A stretch of 64,000 nucleotides of DNA from an uncultured cyanobacterium. Lineage in GTDB: Bacteria > Cyanobacteriota > Cyanobacteriia > Phormidesmidales > Phormidesmidaceae. The notes under the pieces are model-generated. The model was not told the origin of the DNA. It ran no database searches and saw nothing but the letters and a program-made list of their open reading frames with translations. Location: positions 256,001 to 320,000 of the forward strand of contig CAWBZI010000007.1 of assembly GCA_963793265.1 (NCBI GenBank), written 5' to 3'. Of this stretch, positions 8,467 through 17,875 are shown in pieces (the first letter of the stretch is position 1; each line of letters starts with the position of its first letter). The position numbers and the translations under genes were made by a program.

Positions 8467-10101
8467 ATGGATCTTATTGTCTTTTTATTCAAATCCTCCT
8501 GGAAATCAGCGGCGATCGCTCTCATCACAGGCATCATCAGCGGCGGCTGTAGCGCCGGACTCATCGCCCTCATCAGCCAAACCGTCGCCCAAAGCCAAGT
8601 CCCCTCAAGCACCACCATTACAGCCTTCATCGCACTAGGGGCCGTTACCCTAGCCGCTGCTACCGCCGCCCGCATTCTCCTCGTCCGCTTCTCCCAGGCC
8701 GTCGTCTTCGATCTGCAAATGCGCCTCAGCCGCCAAATTTTAGCAACCGAACTTAAGCCACTAGAGACAATCGGTCTTCCTCGTTTACTCGTCATTCTCA
8801 CAGAAGATATTCAGGTTGTGGCCACGGCTGTGGGATTCGTGCCCGTACTGACAATTAATATTGCCAGCGCGGCAGGCTGCATGGTGTATATTTCGTGGCT
8901 CTCTTGGCAGGTTTTGGCGCTGGTGCTGCTGCTGACAGCGATCGCAACCGTAAGCTGCCAATGGTTCCTCATTCAGGGCAAACAGGCCCTCGCCGCCGCC
9001 CGTCAGCAGCAAGACCGCCTGTTCCAACATTTTCGCAGTCTCATTGATGGCGTCAAAGAGCTAAAGCTGCAATACAACGGACGCCAAGATTTCCTCAGCG
9101 CAGATCTAGAATGGACAGCGAGGCAGATGCAGCGCTCTAATCAGCGGGGTCTGAGCCTATTAGCAGTGCTCGATAGCTGGGGCAAGTTTATTTACTTTTT
9201 TGCAGTTGGCCTCATCCTATTTTTACTACCCACATGGATTGACATTAGTCTGCAAACTCGCTTTGCCTACGTGCTCACGTTCACTTATCTACTCGGCCCT
9301 ATGGAGAGCCTAGTTAACAAGCTACCGATGTTGAGCAAAGCAGGAATTGCGCTTGGCAGGATTAAGGCACTCGGTTTAAGTTTAAACTCGCCAGATAACC
9401 AGGCCGCACCCAAGCCAATCGTCCAAAGCCCTCACTTACAGCTACAGCAGGTGAGCCATACGTATCGAACCGATCAGGGTGATCGCGAATTTACCCTCGG
9501 CCCCATAGATCTCTCCCTGAAACCAGGAGAACTCATTTTCATCGTCGGTGGCAACGGCAGTGGCAAATCCACCCTCGCCAAGCTACTAACCGGCCTCTAT
9601 CAGCCGCAGTCCGGCTCAATTCAACTAAACGGCCAGACAATAGACAACACCAACCAGGAATGGTATCGCCAGCATTTCTCCGCTGTTTTCTCAGACTTTT
9701 ACCTATTCGAGCGCTTATTAGGTGCTAACAAACCTACTGACGACACTACCGCCTTAAAATATTTGAAACAGCTCCAGCTCGATCACAAAGTCAGCGTTGA
9801 TCAAGGGCAGTTTTCAACAACAGCACTTTCTCAGGGCCAGCGCAAACGGCTCACCCTGCTAAACGCCTACCTACAAAGCCGCCCGATATACCTCTTTGAC
9901 GAATGGGCCGCCGACCAAGATCCCACATTTAAAGACATTTTCTACACTCAAATTTTGGCTAATCTCAAATCTCAAGGCAAAATTATCTTTGTCATCAGCC
10001 ATGACGACCAGTACTTTCATCTGGCCGACCGCTTAATCAAGCTTGACTATGGCAGCATCGTTTACAATGGCTCTCCTGAACAGGCCGCTTATGCCAGATA
10101 A
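8467..10101 (+). CDS. Fused ABC exporter, cyclic-peptide exporter (SyrD/PvdE/YojI) family
   Basis: TM domain plus GVKELKL, Walker A GGNGSGKST, FSAVFSDFYLF, LSQGQRKRL and FDEWAADQDP. Confidence 0.9.
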   Translation: MDLIVFLFKSSWKSAAIALITGIISGGCSAGLIALISQTVAQSQVPSSTTITAFIALGAVTLAAATAARILLVRFSQAVVFDLQMRLSRQILATELKPLETIGLPRLLVILTEDIQVVATAVGFVPVLTINIASAAGCMVYISWLSWQVLALVLLLTAIATVSCQWFLIQGKQALAAARQQQDRLFQHFRSLIDGVKELKLQYNGRQDFLSADLEWTARQMQRSNQRGLSLLAVLDSWGKFIYFFAVGLILFLLPTWIDISLQTRFAYVLTFTYLLGPMESLVNKLPMLSKAGIALGRIKALGLSLNSPDNQAAPKPIVQSPHLQLQQVSHTYRTDQGDREFTLGPIDLSLKPGELIFIVGGNGSGKSTLAKLLTGLYQPQSGSIQLNGQTIDNTNQEWYRQHFSAVFSDFYLFERLLGANKPTDDTTALKYLKQLQLDHKVSVDQGQFSTTALSQGQRKRLTLLNAYLQSRPIYLFDEWAADQDPTFKDIFYTQILANLKSQGKIIFVISHDDQYFHLADRLIKLDYGSIVYNGSPEQAAYAR

Positions 10102-10762
10102 CACACCAAAAGTTCAGGTTATTTTAGTGCCTGCGGGCGCTGAATACTCAGCCGTCAAAAGGGGGCTACGCGGCGTGCAAAACAAACCAGAGCTGATCGC
10201 AATTCCAGCAGGGCCGCAGGGGGTAAGGCAGTTTTTACAAGATCAAACAGAACAGAATTGGACTGATAGCAATGTGCTGATAATGGGACTAGGCGGCAGT
10301 CTTTCTCTAGACTATGGCGTGGGAGATGGCGTTGTTATAGAGAAGATTTGGAATGGATTTGAGGCAGCGCAGACGTATACGTGCAGTTCGGAGTTGACGG
10401 CATGGATTGAGGCAGCATTAGGACTCGATCGCGTGGTGGGGGTGACGTGCGATCGAGTGATCACTCAAGTAAAAGAGAAAATAGAATTAGGCGATCGCTA
10501 TCAGGCCAGTGTTGTAGAGATGGAAGGCGCTATCTTCGCCAAAGCTCTACCAAACTGCGCCATCATACGCGTTATCAGCGATAGCCTTCAGCACGAACTC
10601 CCGAACATTTCACAGAGCATATCTTCAGACGGGTCTATAAGAGTAGGTGCGATCGCCCTCAGCTTCCTCAGCCGCCCTATCCCCGCCATTCGACTCATAG
10701 CAGGCGCGCTCAAAGGACTATCAACACTAACAGCGCTAACTGCCAAACTGTTCAAAGCGTAA
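10091..10762 (+). CDS. hpnG: Hopanoid-associated nucleoside phosphorylase-fold protein HpnG
   Basis: GLGGSL, VVEMEG and RVISD motifs. The likely start is ATG 10091 (MPDNTPK), overlapping the ABC stop. Confidence 0.75.
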   Translation: MPDNTPKVQVILVPAGAEYSAVKRGLRGVQNKPELIAIPAGPQGVRQFLQDQTEQNWTDSNVLIMGLGGSLSLDYGVGDGVVIEKIWNGFEAAQTYTCSSELTAWIEAALGLDRVVGVTCDRVITQVKEKIELGDRYQASVVEMEGAIFAKALPNCAIIRVISDSLQHELPNISQSISSDGSIRVGAIALSFLSRPIPAIRLIAGALKGLSTLTALTAKLFKA

Positions 10763-10773
10763 ATCTTTCCATC

Positions 10774-11943
10774 CTAAGCATCGCTATACACCCGCCCTTT
10801 CCAAGCTCCACCTCTCCCCGCCCAATGAAGCCGAGCCGAATCAACCGTCATCACCGAATACATCAGCGCAATCAACGGCAGCGCCAGCGCTGAAACACGC
10901 GATCCACCATACAGCTTCAGCATCGGCCAGTAAGCGTAGGCCATCAGTAGCCAGCCTGCTAATCCTGCGATCGCGATCCAAAAATTCCCTAACAACAACC
11001 CAAGCAAAAATCCAATCGGTGGCACTAAATACACCAGCACCATCCCAAAAACAGTACCTATCAGCAGCAAAGGCGAGTAGTTAAGCTGAGTGTAGGCGCT
11101 ACGAGTCACCATATTCCAAAGACTGGCCAAATCAGAATACGGGCGCAGGCTGCGAACAGTTGTGCTGAGCCCTAGCCAAATCGCGCCATTCTCCTTAATC
11201 GCCGCCCCGAGTGCGCAGTCATCAATTAGGGCGTGACGAATCTCTTTTAGTCCGTCGATTTTCTCTAAAGCACTAAAGCGTACTAAAGCGCAGCCTCCGG
11301 CAGCAGCAGCCGTTTTCTTAGCAGGATTGTTCACCCACGGAAACGGATAGAGCAGCTGAAAAAAGAAGACGAACGAAGGAATCAACAGATATTCCCAGAA
11401 GCTCTCGCAGCGTAGCTGAACCATTAAGGAGACAAGATCTAGCTCTTCTGTTTCCGCCTTACTTACAAGCTGTTGCAGCGTGTCTGAACTGTGTTCAATA
11501 TCAGCGTCAGTAAACAGAACATAGTCAGGAGGGCTTTGCTGTAGATACTGAAAGCCTTGTTCCATCGCCCAAAGTTTTCCTGTCCAGCCAGCGGGTAGGG
11601 GCTTACCTGAGAGGATAGTTGAGCTTTTTGCGTTGAACTGATTGAGCGTTGACTGCGTGATCGCCCCCGTTCCATCTGTGCTCTGATCGTCAACCAATAC
11701 AATTGAAAAGGAGCCAGGGTAGGTTTGAGTGAGGTGCGATCGCAAAACAACTTCAATCAGCTCAGCCTCATCCCGCGCCGGAATCACTACCGCCACGTTC
11801 GGCCAGGCGTCTCTAGATAGGATCTTTTGGCCCTCTAGCCTTTGATCAGCTCGCCAAAACTGACCCCAGCTCACTAGCATTCCTATCCAAATTATCGCTG
11901 AAACGATAGTCAGTCCACATAAAACGCCTTCCATATTACTCAT
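10774..11943 (-). CDS. hpnB: Hopene-associated GT2 glycosyltransferase HpnB
   Basis: VIPARDEA, VDDQSTDGT, LPAGWTGKLWA, FTDADI, AAAGGCALV, ALIDDCALG, W.MV.RSAYTQL and WKGRVY motifs. Confidence 0.92.
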   Translation of the reverse strand: MSNMEGVLCGLTIVSAIIWIGMLVSWGQFWRADQRLEGQKILSRDAWPNVAVVIPARDEAELIEVVLRSHLTQTYPGSFSIVLVDDQSTDGTGAITQSTLNQFNAKSSTILSGKPLPAGWTGKLWAMEQGFQYLQQSPPDYVLFTDADIEHSSDTLQQLVSKAETEELDLVSLMVQLRCESFWEYLLIPSFVFFFQLLYPFPWVNNPAKKTAAAAGGCALVRFSALEKIDGLKEIRHALIDDCALGAAIKENGAIWLGLSTTVRSLRPYSDLASLWNMVTRSAYTQLNYSPLLLIGTVFGMVLVYLVPPIGFLLGLLLGNFWIAIAGLAGWLLMAYAYWPMLKLYGGSRVSALALPLIALMYSVMTVDSARLHWAGRGGAWKGRVYSDA

Positions 11944-12051
11944 CTGTGTTTTACGCTATGTTGTATGAAATCCTATGACTGATGCCTCGTCCATAGATGA
12001 GAGGTCGGTGAGAGAACCTGAAAACATTGTTGTCAAAGACCTTATTCTAAT

Positions 12052-14001
12052 ATGCAAACAGCAACAAGACCCGTTACCGATCTAGCTAAAGGAATTGCTG
12101 CCGCTCAAAACCACCTGATTTCTATTCAATATCCAGACGGATACTGGTGGGCGCAGCTAGAGTCTAATGCTTCGATTACCGCTGAAGTCGTGCTGCTGCA
12201 TACGGTTTGGGGCACAGATAGCGATCGCTTCCCCAGAAAAAAAACGGAGGCGTATTTGCGATCACAGCAATGCCCCCACGGCGGCTGGGAACTCTTCTTT
12301 GGCGATGGCGGAGAACTCAGCACCTCCGTCGAAGCTTACATGGCCCTTAGACTCCTCGGCATCCCAGCCACCGACCCGGCCCTTCTTCGCGCAAAAGACT
12401 TCATCCTCAGCCATGGCGGCATCAGCAAAACCCGCATCTTCACCAAATTCCACCTTGCCCTCATCGGCTGCTACAACTGGCAGGGCCTCCCCTCCCTTCC
12501 CGCCTGGATCATGCAGCTAGAGCCGCCTTTCCCAGTCAACATCTACGAGCTATCAAGCTGGGCACGTGGCAGCACCGTCCCGCTACTCATCGTCTTTGAC
12601 AAAAAGCCCGTCTACTCACCTAGCCCAGGCTTCAACCTCAATGAACTCTACGCAGAGGGCATTGAAAATGTTGTGTGGGAGCTACCCCAAAATAATGACT
12701 GGAGCGATGCCTTTCTCTGGTTAGACAAAGCATTCAAACTAGCCGAATCCTTCGAGGCCATTCCTCTTCGCGAGGAGAGTCTTAAGAAAGCACAAAAGTG
12801 GATTCTAGAACGGCAGGAAGCGACAGGCGACTGGGGCGGCATTATTCCAGCTATGCTCAACTCTCTTTTAGCGCTGCGAGCCCTAGACTACGACCTCAAC
12901 AATCCGGTTGTACAGCGAGGACTAGAGGCGCTTGATAACTTTGCCGTAGAAGACAAAGACACCTACTGGATGCAGCCTTGCATTTCCCCCGTATGGGATA
13001 CTGCCCTAGTGATACGAGCATTGGCCGCTTCAGGGCTCGAACCAGATCATCCTGTGCTCGTTAGAGGTGGAGAATGGCTGCTCAAAAAACAAATATTAGA
13101 CTACGGCGATTGGGCCGTCAAAAATCCCAACGGTAAGCCTGGCGGCTGGGCCTTTGAATTTGAAAATCGGTTTTATCCAGACGTAGATGACACGGCAGTT
13201 GTTGTCATGGCTTTGCAGGCAGTGCAGCTACCGAATGAAGCATTAAAGCAACAATCTATAGCCAGCGCCGTTCGTTGGATTGCAACGATGCAGTGCGGCA
13301 CAGGCGGCTGGGCCGCTTTTGATATCAACAACGATCAAGACTGGCTCAACGCCATTCCCTACGGCGATCTCAAAGCCATGATCGATCCTAGCACCGCAGA
13401 TATTACCGCTCGTGTGCTAGAGATGCACGGAAAGCTAAAAGGCAAAGAAACTTTAGTCAGTAGCTATAGTGCAGATCTAACACCCTACCGACTTTCACGC
13501 GGCCTCAAGTATTTAAAAGAAGAACAATGTGAAGATGGCAGTTGGTTTGGTCGGTGGGGCGTCAACTACATCTATGGCACCAGTGGAGCCCTTTCAGCGC
13601 TAGCCCTTACCGCGCCGCGTCAGTGCCAGGAGAATATTAAGCGAGGCATTGGCTGGCTAGTAAGCTGTCAAAACGAAGACGGCGGCTGGGGCGAAACCTG
13701 TCACAGCTACAGCAATCCTAAATTAAAAGGCCAAGGCGTGAGCACTGCCTCACAAACGGCCTGGGCGCTATTGGGTCTACTCGACACGCATTTTTATCTG
13801 AGCGATGAGGCCAAACTAGCCGTTCAAAAAGGCATTCAATATCTGTTGAACACACAACAGCAAGACGGCACCTGGGAAGAGAAAGAATTCACAGGCACTG
13901 GCTTTCCAGAACACTTCTATCTTCGCTACCACCTCTATTATCAGCACTTTCCCCTCATGGCACTGGGCCACTATCAAAGGCTTAAAACAACGTTTGAATA
14001 G
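12052..14001 (+). CDS. shc: Squalene-hopene cyclase
   Basis: Catalytic YPDVDDTA (DXDD), multiple QW repeats (QxxDGxW), SPVWDT and WFGRWGVNYIYGT. Confidence 0.98.
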   Translation: MQTATRPVTDLAKGIAAAQNHLISIQYPDGYWWAQLESNASITAEVVLLHTVWGTDSDRFPRKKTEAYLRSQQCPHGGWELFFGDGGELSTSVEAYMALRLLGIPATDPALLRAKDFILSHGGISKTRIFTKFHLALIGCYNWQGLPSLPAWIMQLEPPFPVNIYELSSWARGSTVPLLIVFDKKPVYSPSPGFNLNELYAEGIENVVWELPQNNDWSDAFLWLDKAFKLAESFEAIPLREESLKKAQKWILERQEATGDWGGIIPAMLNSLLALRALDYDLNNPVVQRGLEALDNFAVEDKDTYWMQPCISPVWDTALVIRALAASGLEPDHPVLVRGGEWLLKKQILDYGDWAVKNPNGKPGGWAFEFENRFYPDVDDTAVVVMALQAVQLPNEALKQQSIASAVRWIATMQCGTGGWAAFDINNDQDWLNAIPYGDLKAMIDPSTADITARVLEMHGKLKGKETLVSSYSADLTPYRLSRGLKYLKEEQCEDGSWFGRWGVNYIYGTSGALSALALTAPRQCQENIKRGIGWLVSCQNEDGGWGETCHSYSNPKLKGQGVSTASQTAWALLGLLDTHFYLSDEAKLAVQKGIQYLLNTQQQDGTWEEKEFTGTGFPEHFYLRYHLYYQHFPLMALGHYQRLKTTFE

Positions 14002-14090
14002 CTAAAATAACATCCCACCATACTCCCTCCGACGCAACAATCTAATAATCCCCCAATCCTCCAACATGACAACCCAACAATTCTTTACCC

Positions 14091-15158
14091 CTACAGCCCA
14101 GACCCTCTTATCTCATACCGAATCTCTTCAACCGGCAAACCTTCGTTATCACAATCGCCATAGCGCAACTGCAACCGCTTCTCCCCGGCATGTTCACCCA
14201 AACTTCCCCCATAGCGCTCAGCCTCAGTTCCCAGGCTTTGAATCCGAATTTTGCCATTAAATACCGTCGCCCGCGCTAAATAAATCACCAGATCATCTCG
14301 CGACGGACGATTCACTGTAGTACTCGCCGTCAGGTGGGCAACCCCCCTTTCATCCATCTCCTGAGCTAACGCCATTGCCGTATTGCGAATGCCGGTAATA
14401 GCCACAATCGCAGAGGCGATCGCCATCGTGATATCCACCCCTTCATCCGTAAAAATCTGCTGGCTCGCCAAATACTCAAAATTCTGCTCGCCCAAGTCAT
14501 CACGAATCCGGCGATGAATCAAATTCTTTGGATGGTAGTCCGTCAGCGCCCCTACAATCGCCCCACAGGCCGCACGGGGTTCACGCCACGGAGCCTCGCG
14601 CGTTTTGCCATACACCACGTGCTTACCGCCTTCTCGCAGCCGCCCCACATGCGTCTTCAAATCAATCGCTACCAAAGAGATTGATCGAGGATTACCCGTA
14701 TAAAGCTGTCTTTTTAAGCCCTCGTCTAGCTCGTGAGCAACCGTCACATGCGCCAGCGTCGCTCCATTATCCGTACCGCCGCCCGCTGGGAAAAAAGCTT
14801 CTAGCTTCAGCTCGCCAATTTCAGAAAGGGTTGCAAATCGGGAGGCCACTACGTCGCGATAGCGTTTAGTCGCTTCGCCCTGATGAATGCGATCGCCACA
14901 GTTGGTATAGGCCAGCGTCGTCACCACGCTCGGCAAGCTCAAATCTGCCCCACACGACTTTACCGCCGTCGGACTAGCCGCCGCAAACTGCAGCTCATCA
15001 CGCAAAATTTGCAATCCCTTGATCAGCGCATAGCGGTCTTTTACAATCTCATTCAAATAGTTGTGATAGGCATTTCGCTCCATACCAAAGCTTGCAGGCA
15101 ACTGCCAAAACGTATCTACTCGCTTTTGAGTGGCCTCAGCATCAAAGGGTAATGTCAT
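14091..15158 (-). CDS. Conserved protein, putative LCIB/LCIC-like (theta-type) carbonic anhydrase family
   Basis: Ordered motifs TTLAYTNCGDR ... THVG ... AACGAIVGAL resemble LCIB N(L)CRDE / PHI / CACGAL Cys-His-Cys Zn ligands. Confidence 0.6.
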   Translation of the reverse strand: MTLPFDAEATQKRVDTFWQLPASFGMERNAYHNYLNEIVKDRYALIKGLQILRDELQFAAASPTAVKSCGADLSLPSVVTTLAYTNCGDRIHQGEATKRYRDVVASRFATLSEIGELKLEAFFPAGGGTDNGATLAHVTVAHELDEGLKRQLYTGNPRSISLVAIDLKTHVGRLREGGKHVVYGKTREAPWREPRAACGAIVGALTDYHPKNLIHRRIRDDLGEQNFEYLASQQIFTDEGVDITMAIASAIVAITGIRNTAMALAQEMDERGVAHLTASTTVNRPSRDDLVIYLARATVFNGKIRIQSLGTEAERYGGSLGEHAGEKRLQLRYGDCDNEGLPVEEIRYEIRGSGL

Positions 15159-15295
15159 ACGGTTCCAAGCCCCTATTGCTCAGGCTTTTATGATAGTGTC
15201 TCGCAAATATACAACCATCCTAGTCCTAGAGACAATCGGCCTATCGCTACAAAGTTGCTAGCATTGAGGTAGCAATTTTTAGCAGCACACACTTT

Positions 15296-16975
15296 ATGCC
15301 TCGCTCTCCTATTCCCTCCATGCTGACGCCTAACCTTATCGGGCGTCAGCGCGAAATTGTCGAGGTATTCCTTAAAAACGGCTGGGACTACATGCGGCGC
15401 TTGCTCACGGGCAACGCCCCCGATGAGCCTGAGCTGCCACCGCCTGCCGTGCTGTGCAATATTCTAATTGAGCTAGGCCCGGTATACGTAAAGCTAGGCC
15501 AGCTTCTAAGCACCAGACCAGACTTACTCAGCTCCTCTTATATCGAAGCCCTTAGCGGCTTACAGTCTACGGTGCCCGCTGTACCCGCATCAGAAATCCA
15601 AGGCTATATTCGCACGCACATGCACCGACCCGTTGATGAGGTGTTTGCCGAAATTGACTATACCGCGATCGCCGCAGGCTCTATCGGCCAGACGCACAAG
15701 GCCATACTGCAAAACGGCACCGCTGTGGCCGTCAAAGTATTGCGACCCGGCATCGAAAAGCAGGTCGATCGCGATATGGCGCTCATTAAAGATATTGCCA
15801 GGCTCGTTTCTGCGACCCAATTTGGTCAGCGCTACAACATCACCGAACTGGCCGAAGAATTTAAAAGCGCCATCACCGCCGAGCTAGACTTCACCACCGA
15901 AGCGCGCTACACAGACGAGCTAAGGCAAAACCTGCTCGAAAGCGATTGGGTTGACTCTGACCGGCTAACCGTTCCTCAAATTATTTGGCCGCTAACTAAC
16001 TCAAAAATACTGGTGATGGAATGGCTCAGAGGTCAACCTATCCTCACCGCAAATGTCCCAGTTGCGAAGAAAAATCTATTGGGCACTCAGCCCAGCGACG
16101 AACGCGCTGAAATTACATCGCTCCTGTTTAGAGCCTTCCTATCGCAGTACTTTATCACTGGCTTTTTCCACGCCGATCCTCACCCAGGCAACATTTTTTA
16201 TCTGGAAGACAAGCGCTTAGCCATACTTGACTGCGGCATGATGGGCCGATTAGATCCGCAGACGCGGGCGACGTTGACTGAACTGGTGCTTGCGATCGCC
16301 ACTTCCGACGCCCAGCGCTGCGCCCAGCTCACCCTCCAGCTTACCGAACCGCTCAAGCCCATTAACCTCGTACGCTTAGAAAGCGACTACAGCCGGTTAC
16401 TTAGCCGCTACTACGGCCTCTCCCTCGATCGGGTCAACACCGCCGAAGCATTTGCTGCCGTCATCGAAACCGGCACCAAGAATCATCTACGCTGGCCCGC
16501 CAACATCGGCCTCTTTACCAAATCGCTCGCAAACCTAGAAGGCGCAGCCCGACTGTTCAACCCCGAAGTGAATCTAATGGCCGAAATTCAGCCGCTCATG
16601 CTGGACTTGCTTCGCCAGCAAATATCGGGTGACGATCCCGTACAACTGCTGCTGCGTACCGGCCTAGAATTTCGTAACCTATCTCTATCAGCGCCCCGGC
16701 AGTTCGGCTTTTTGCTCGATCGCCTCAGCGATGAAACCCTCCAGTGGAACCTGCGCATACAAGGACTAGACTCCGTTCAGCGCAGCATGGAGCGGGCCGC
16801 TAATAGGCGGGCCTTTAGCACCGTCGTCGGCGCACTCATTATTGGGGCCGCTATCATCACCACCAACCAAAAGACCGTACAGCTACAGTCTTTGAGCACG
16901 CTGCTATTTGCAGCCGCTTCCTTCTTGGGCCTCTGGCTAATTGTGAGCATTTTACGCTCAGGCCGCTGGAATTAA
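15296..16975 (+). CDS. ABC1/AarF/UbiB family atypical kinase
   Basis: ELGPVYVKLGQLLSTRPD, IAAGSIGQTH, VAVKV, FFHADPHPGN and LDCGMMG; two C-terminal TM helices. Confidence 0.95.
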   Translation: MPRSPIPSMLTPNLIGRQREIVEVFLKNGWDYMRRLLTGNAPDEPELPPPAVLCNILIELGPVYVKLGQLLSTRPDLLSSSYIEALSGLQSTVPAVPASEIQGYIRTHMHRPVDEVFAEIDYTAIAAGSIGQTHKAILQNGTAVAVKVLRPGIEKQVDRDMALIKDIARLVSATQFGQRYNITELAEEFKSAITAELDFTTEARYTDELRQNLLESDWVDSDRLTVPQIIWPLTNSKILVMEWLRGQPILTANVPVAKKNLLGTQPSDERAEITSLLFRAFLSQYFITGFFHADPHPGNIFYLEDKRLAILDCGMMGRLDPQTRATLTELVLAIATSDAQRCAQLTLQLTEPLKPINLVRLESDYSRLLSRYYGLSLDRVNTAEAFAAVIETGTKNHLRWPANIGLFTKSLANLEGAARLFNPEVNLMAEIQPLMLDLLRQQISGDDPVQLLLRTGLEFRNLSLSAPRQFGFLLDRLSDETLQWNLRIQGLDSVQRSMERAANRRAFSTVVGALIIGAAIITTNQKTVQLQSLSTLLFAAASFLGLWLIVSILRSGRWN

Positions 16976-17107
16976 ACCCTATGCTGACTGCTCCGCTCAG
17001 TTCTTTTGTCCCTCAACTCCTGTACAGAGATGGCTTTGCCGTATGATGGAATTATTGAGCACTCGGTTTTGAACCTTACTAATCGCTGGATACATAGCCC
17101 AAAATAA

Positions 17108-17875
17108 GTGGCATTCTTAATATTTGACTTTGACGGCACCATTGCCGATACGCTAGCCGCCATTGTGCGAATTACCAATCGCATTGCCCCGGAGTATGGC
17201 TATTCGCCAACAACACCCGAAAAGCTGACGTATTACCAATCACTCAGTACGCAGGAGATGCTCAAACAGGCCGAAATTCCGCTGTTTAGGCTACCCTTTT
17301 TGCTGCGCCGCGTCCGCAGAGAAATGACGGATGAGCTACCTGAAGTTCCTGTTGCTCAAGATCTGCCTGAAACGCTCAGAGAGCTAGTGGCTGCGGGTCA
17401 TCATCTAATGGTGATGAGTTCTAACTCCAAGCGTAATATCCAGGGCTTTTTGCAGCTTCACGGCATTCATGATGTCTTTGATTCTGTGCAGGGGGGCGTG
17501 GGGCTGCTGAGCAAAGCTAGAGTGCTCAAGCGAATCATACAAAAAGGAGGGCTCGATTTTTCGCAGGTCATCTATGTGGGTGACGAAACGAGAGATATCG
17601 ATGCCTCTAAGCAAGTCGGTATCCTTGTAGCTGCGGTCACCTGGGGATTTAGCAGCCGCGATGCCTTAGCAGCCCAAGACCCTGCGTTTTTAATCGATCA
17701 CCCACGCCAGCTTATCGGCGCTGCGCAAACGCTCGTAAACCCGAGCTGGGTCAGAAGAGACTACCGATCGCCTAACTACACGACTAATCGCAGGCGCAGC
17801 ACAGACGCACCTAACCTTGTTGATTTCAAGATTGATTCCAAGCAGGATGAGAGAGAAGCGCACTCATCGTCCTGA
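17108..17875 (+). CDS. HAD-IA hydrolase (phosphoglycolate phosphatase-like)
   Basis: FDFDGTIADT, MSSN, YVGDETRD and AVTWGF motifs. Confidence 0.9.
   Translation: MAFLIFDFDGTIADTLAAIVRITNRIAPEYGYSPTTPEKLTYYQSLSTQEMLKQAEIPLFRLPFLLRRVRREMTDELPEVPVAQDLPETLRELVAAGHHLMVMSSNSKRNIQGFLQLHGIHDVFDSVQGGVGLLSKARVLKRIIQKGGLDFSQVIYVGDETRDIDASKQVGILVAAVTWGFSSRDALAAQDPAFLIDHPRQLIGAAQTLVNPSWVRRDYRSPNYTTNRRRSTDAPNLVDFKIDSKQDEREAHSSS

Noticed and set aside
14002..14090. C/A-rich stretch and the 64-aa ORF 14066-14260
   Set aside because: It is a degenerate low-complexity spacer between convergent genes, and the ORF is mostly antisense to a real gene.
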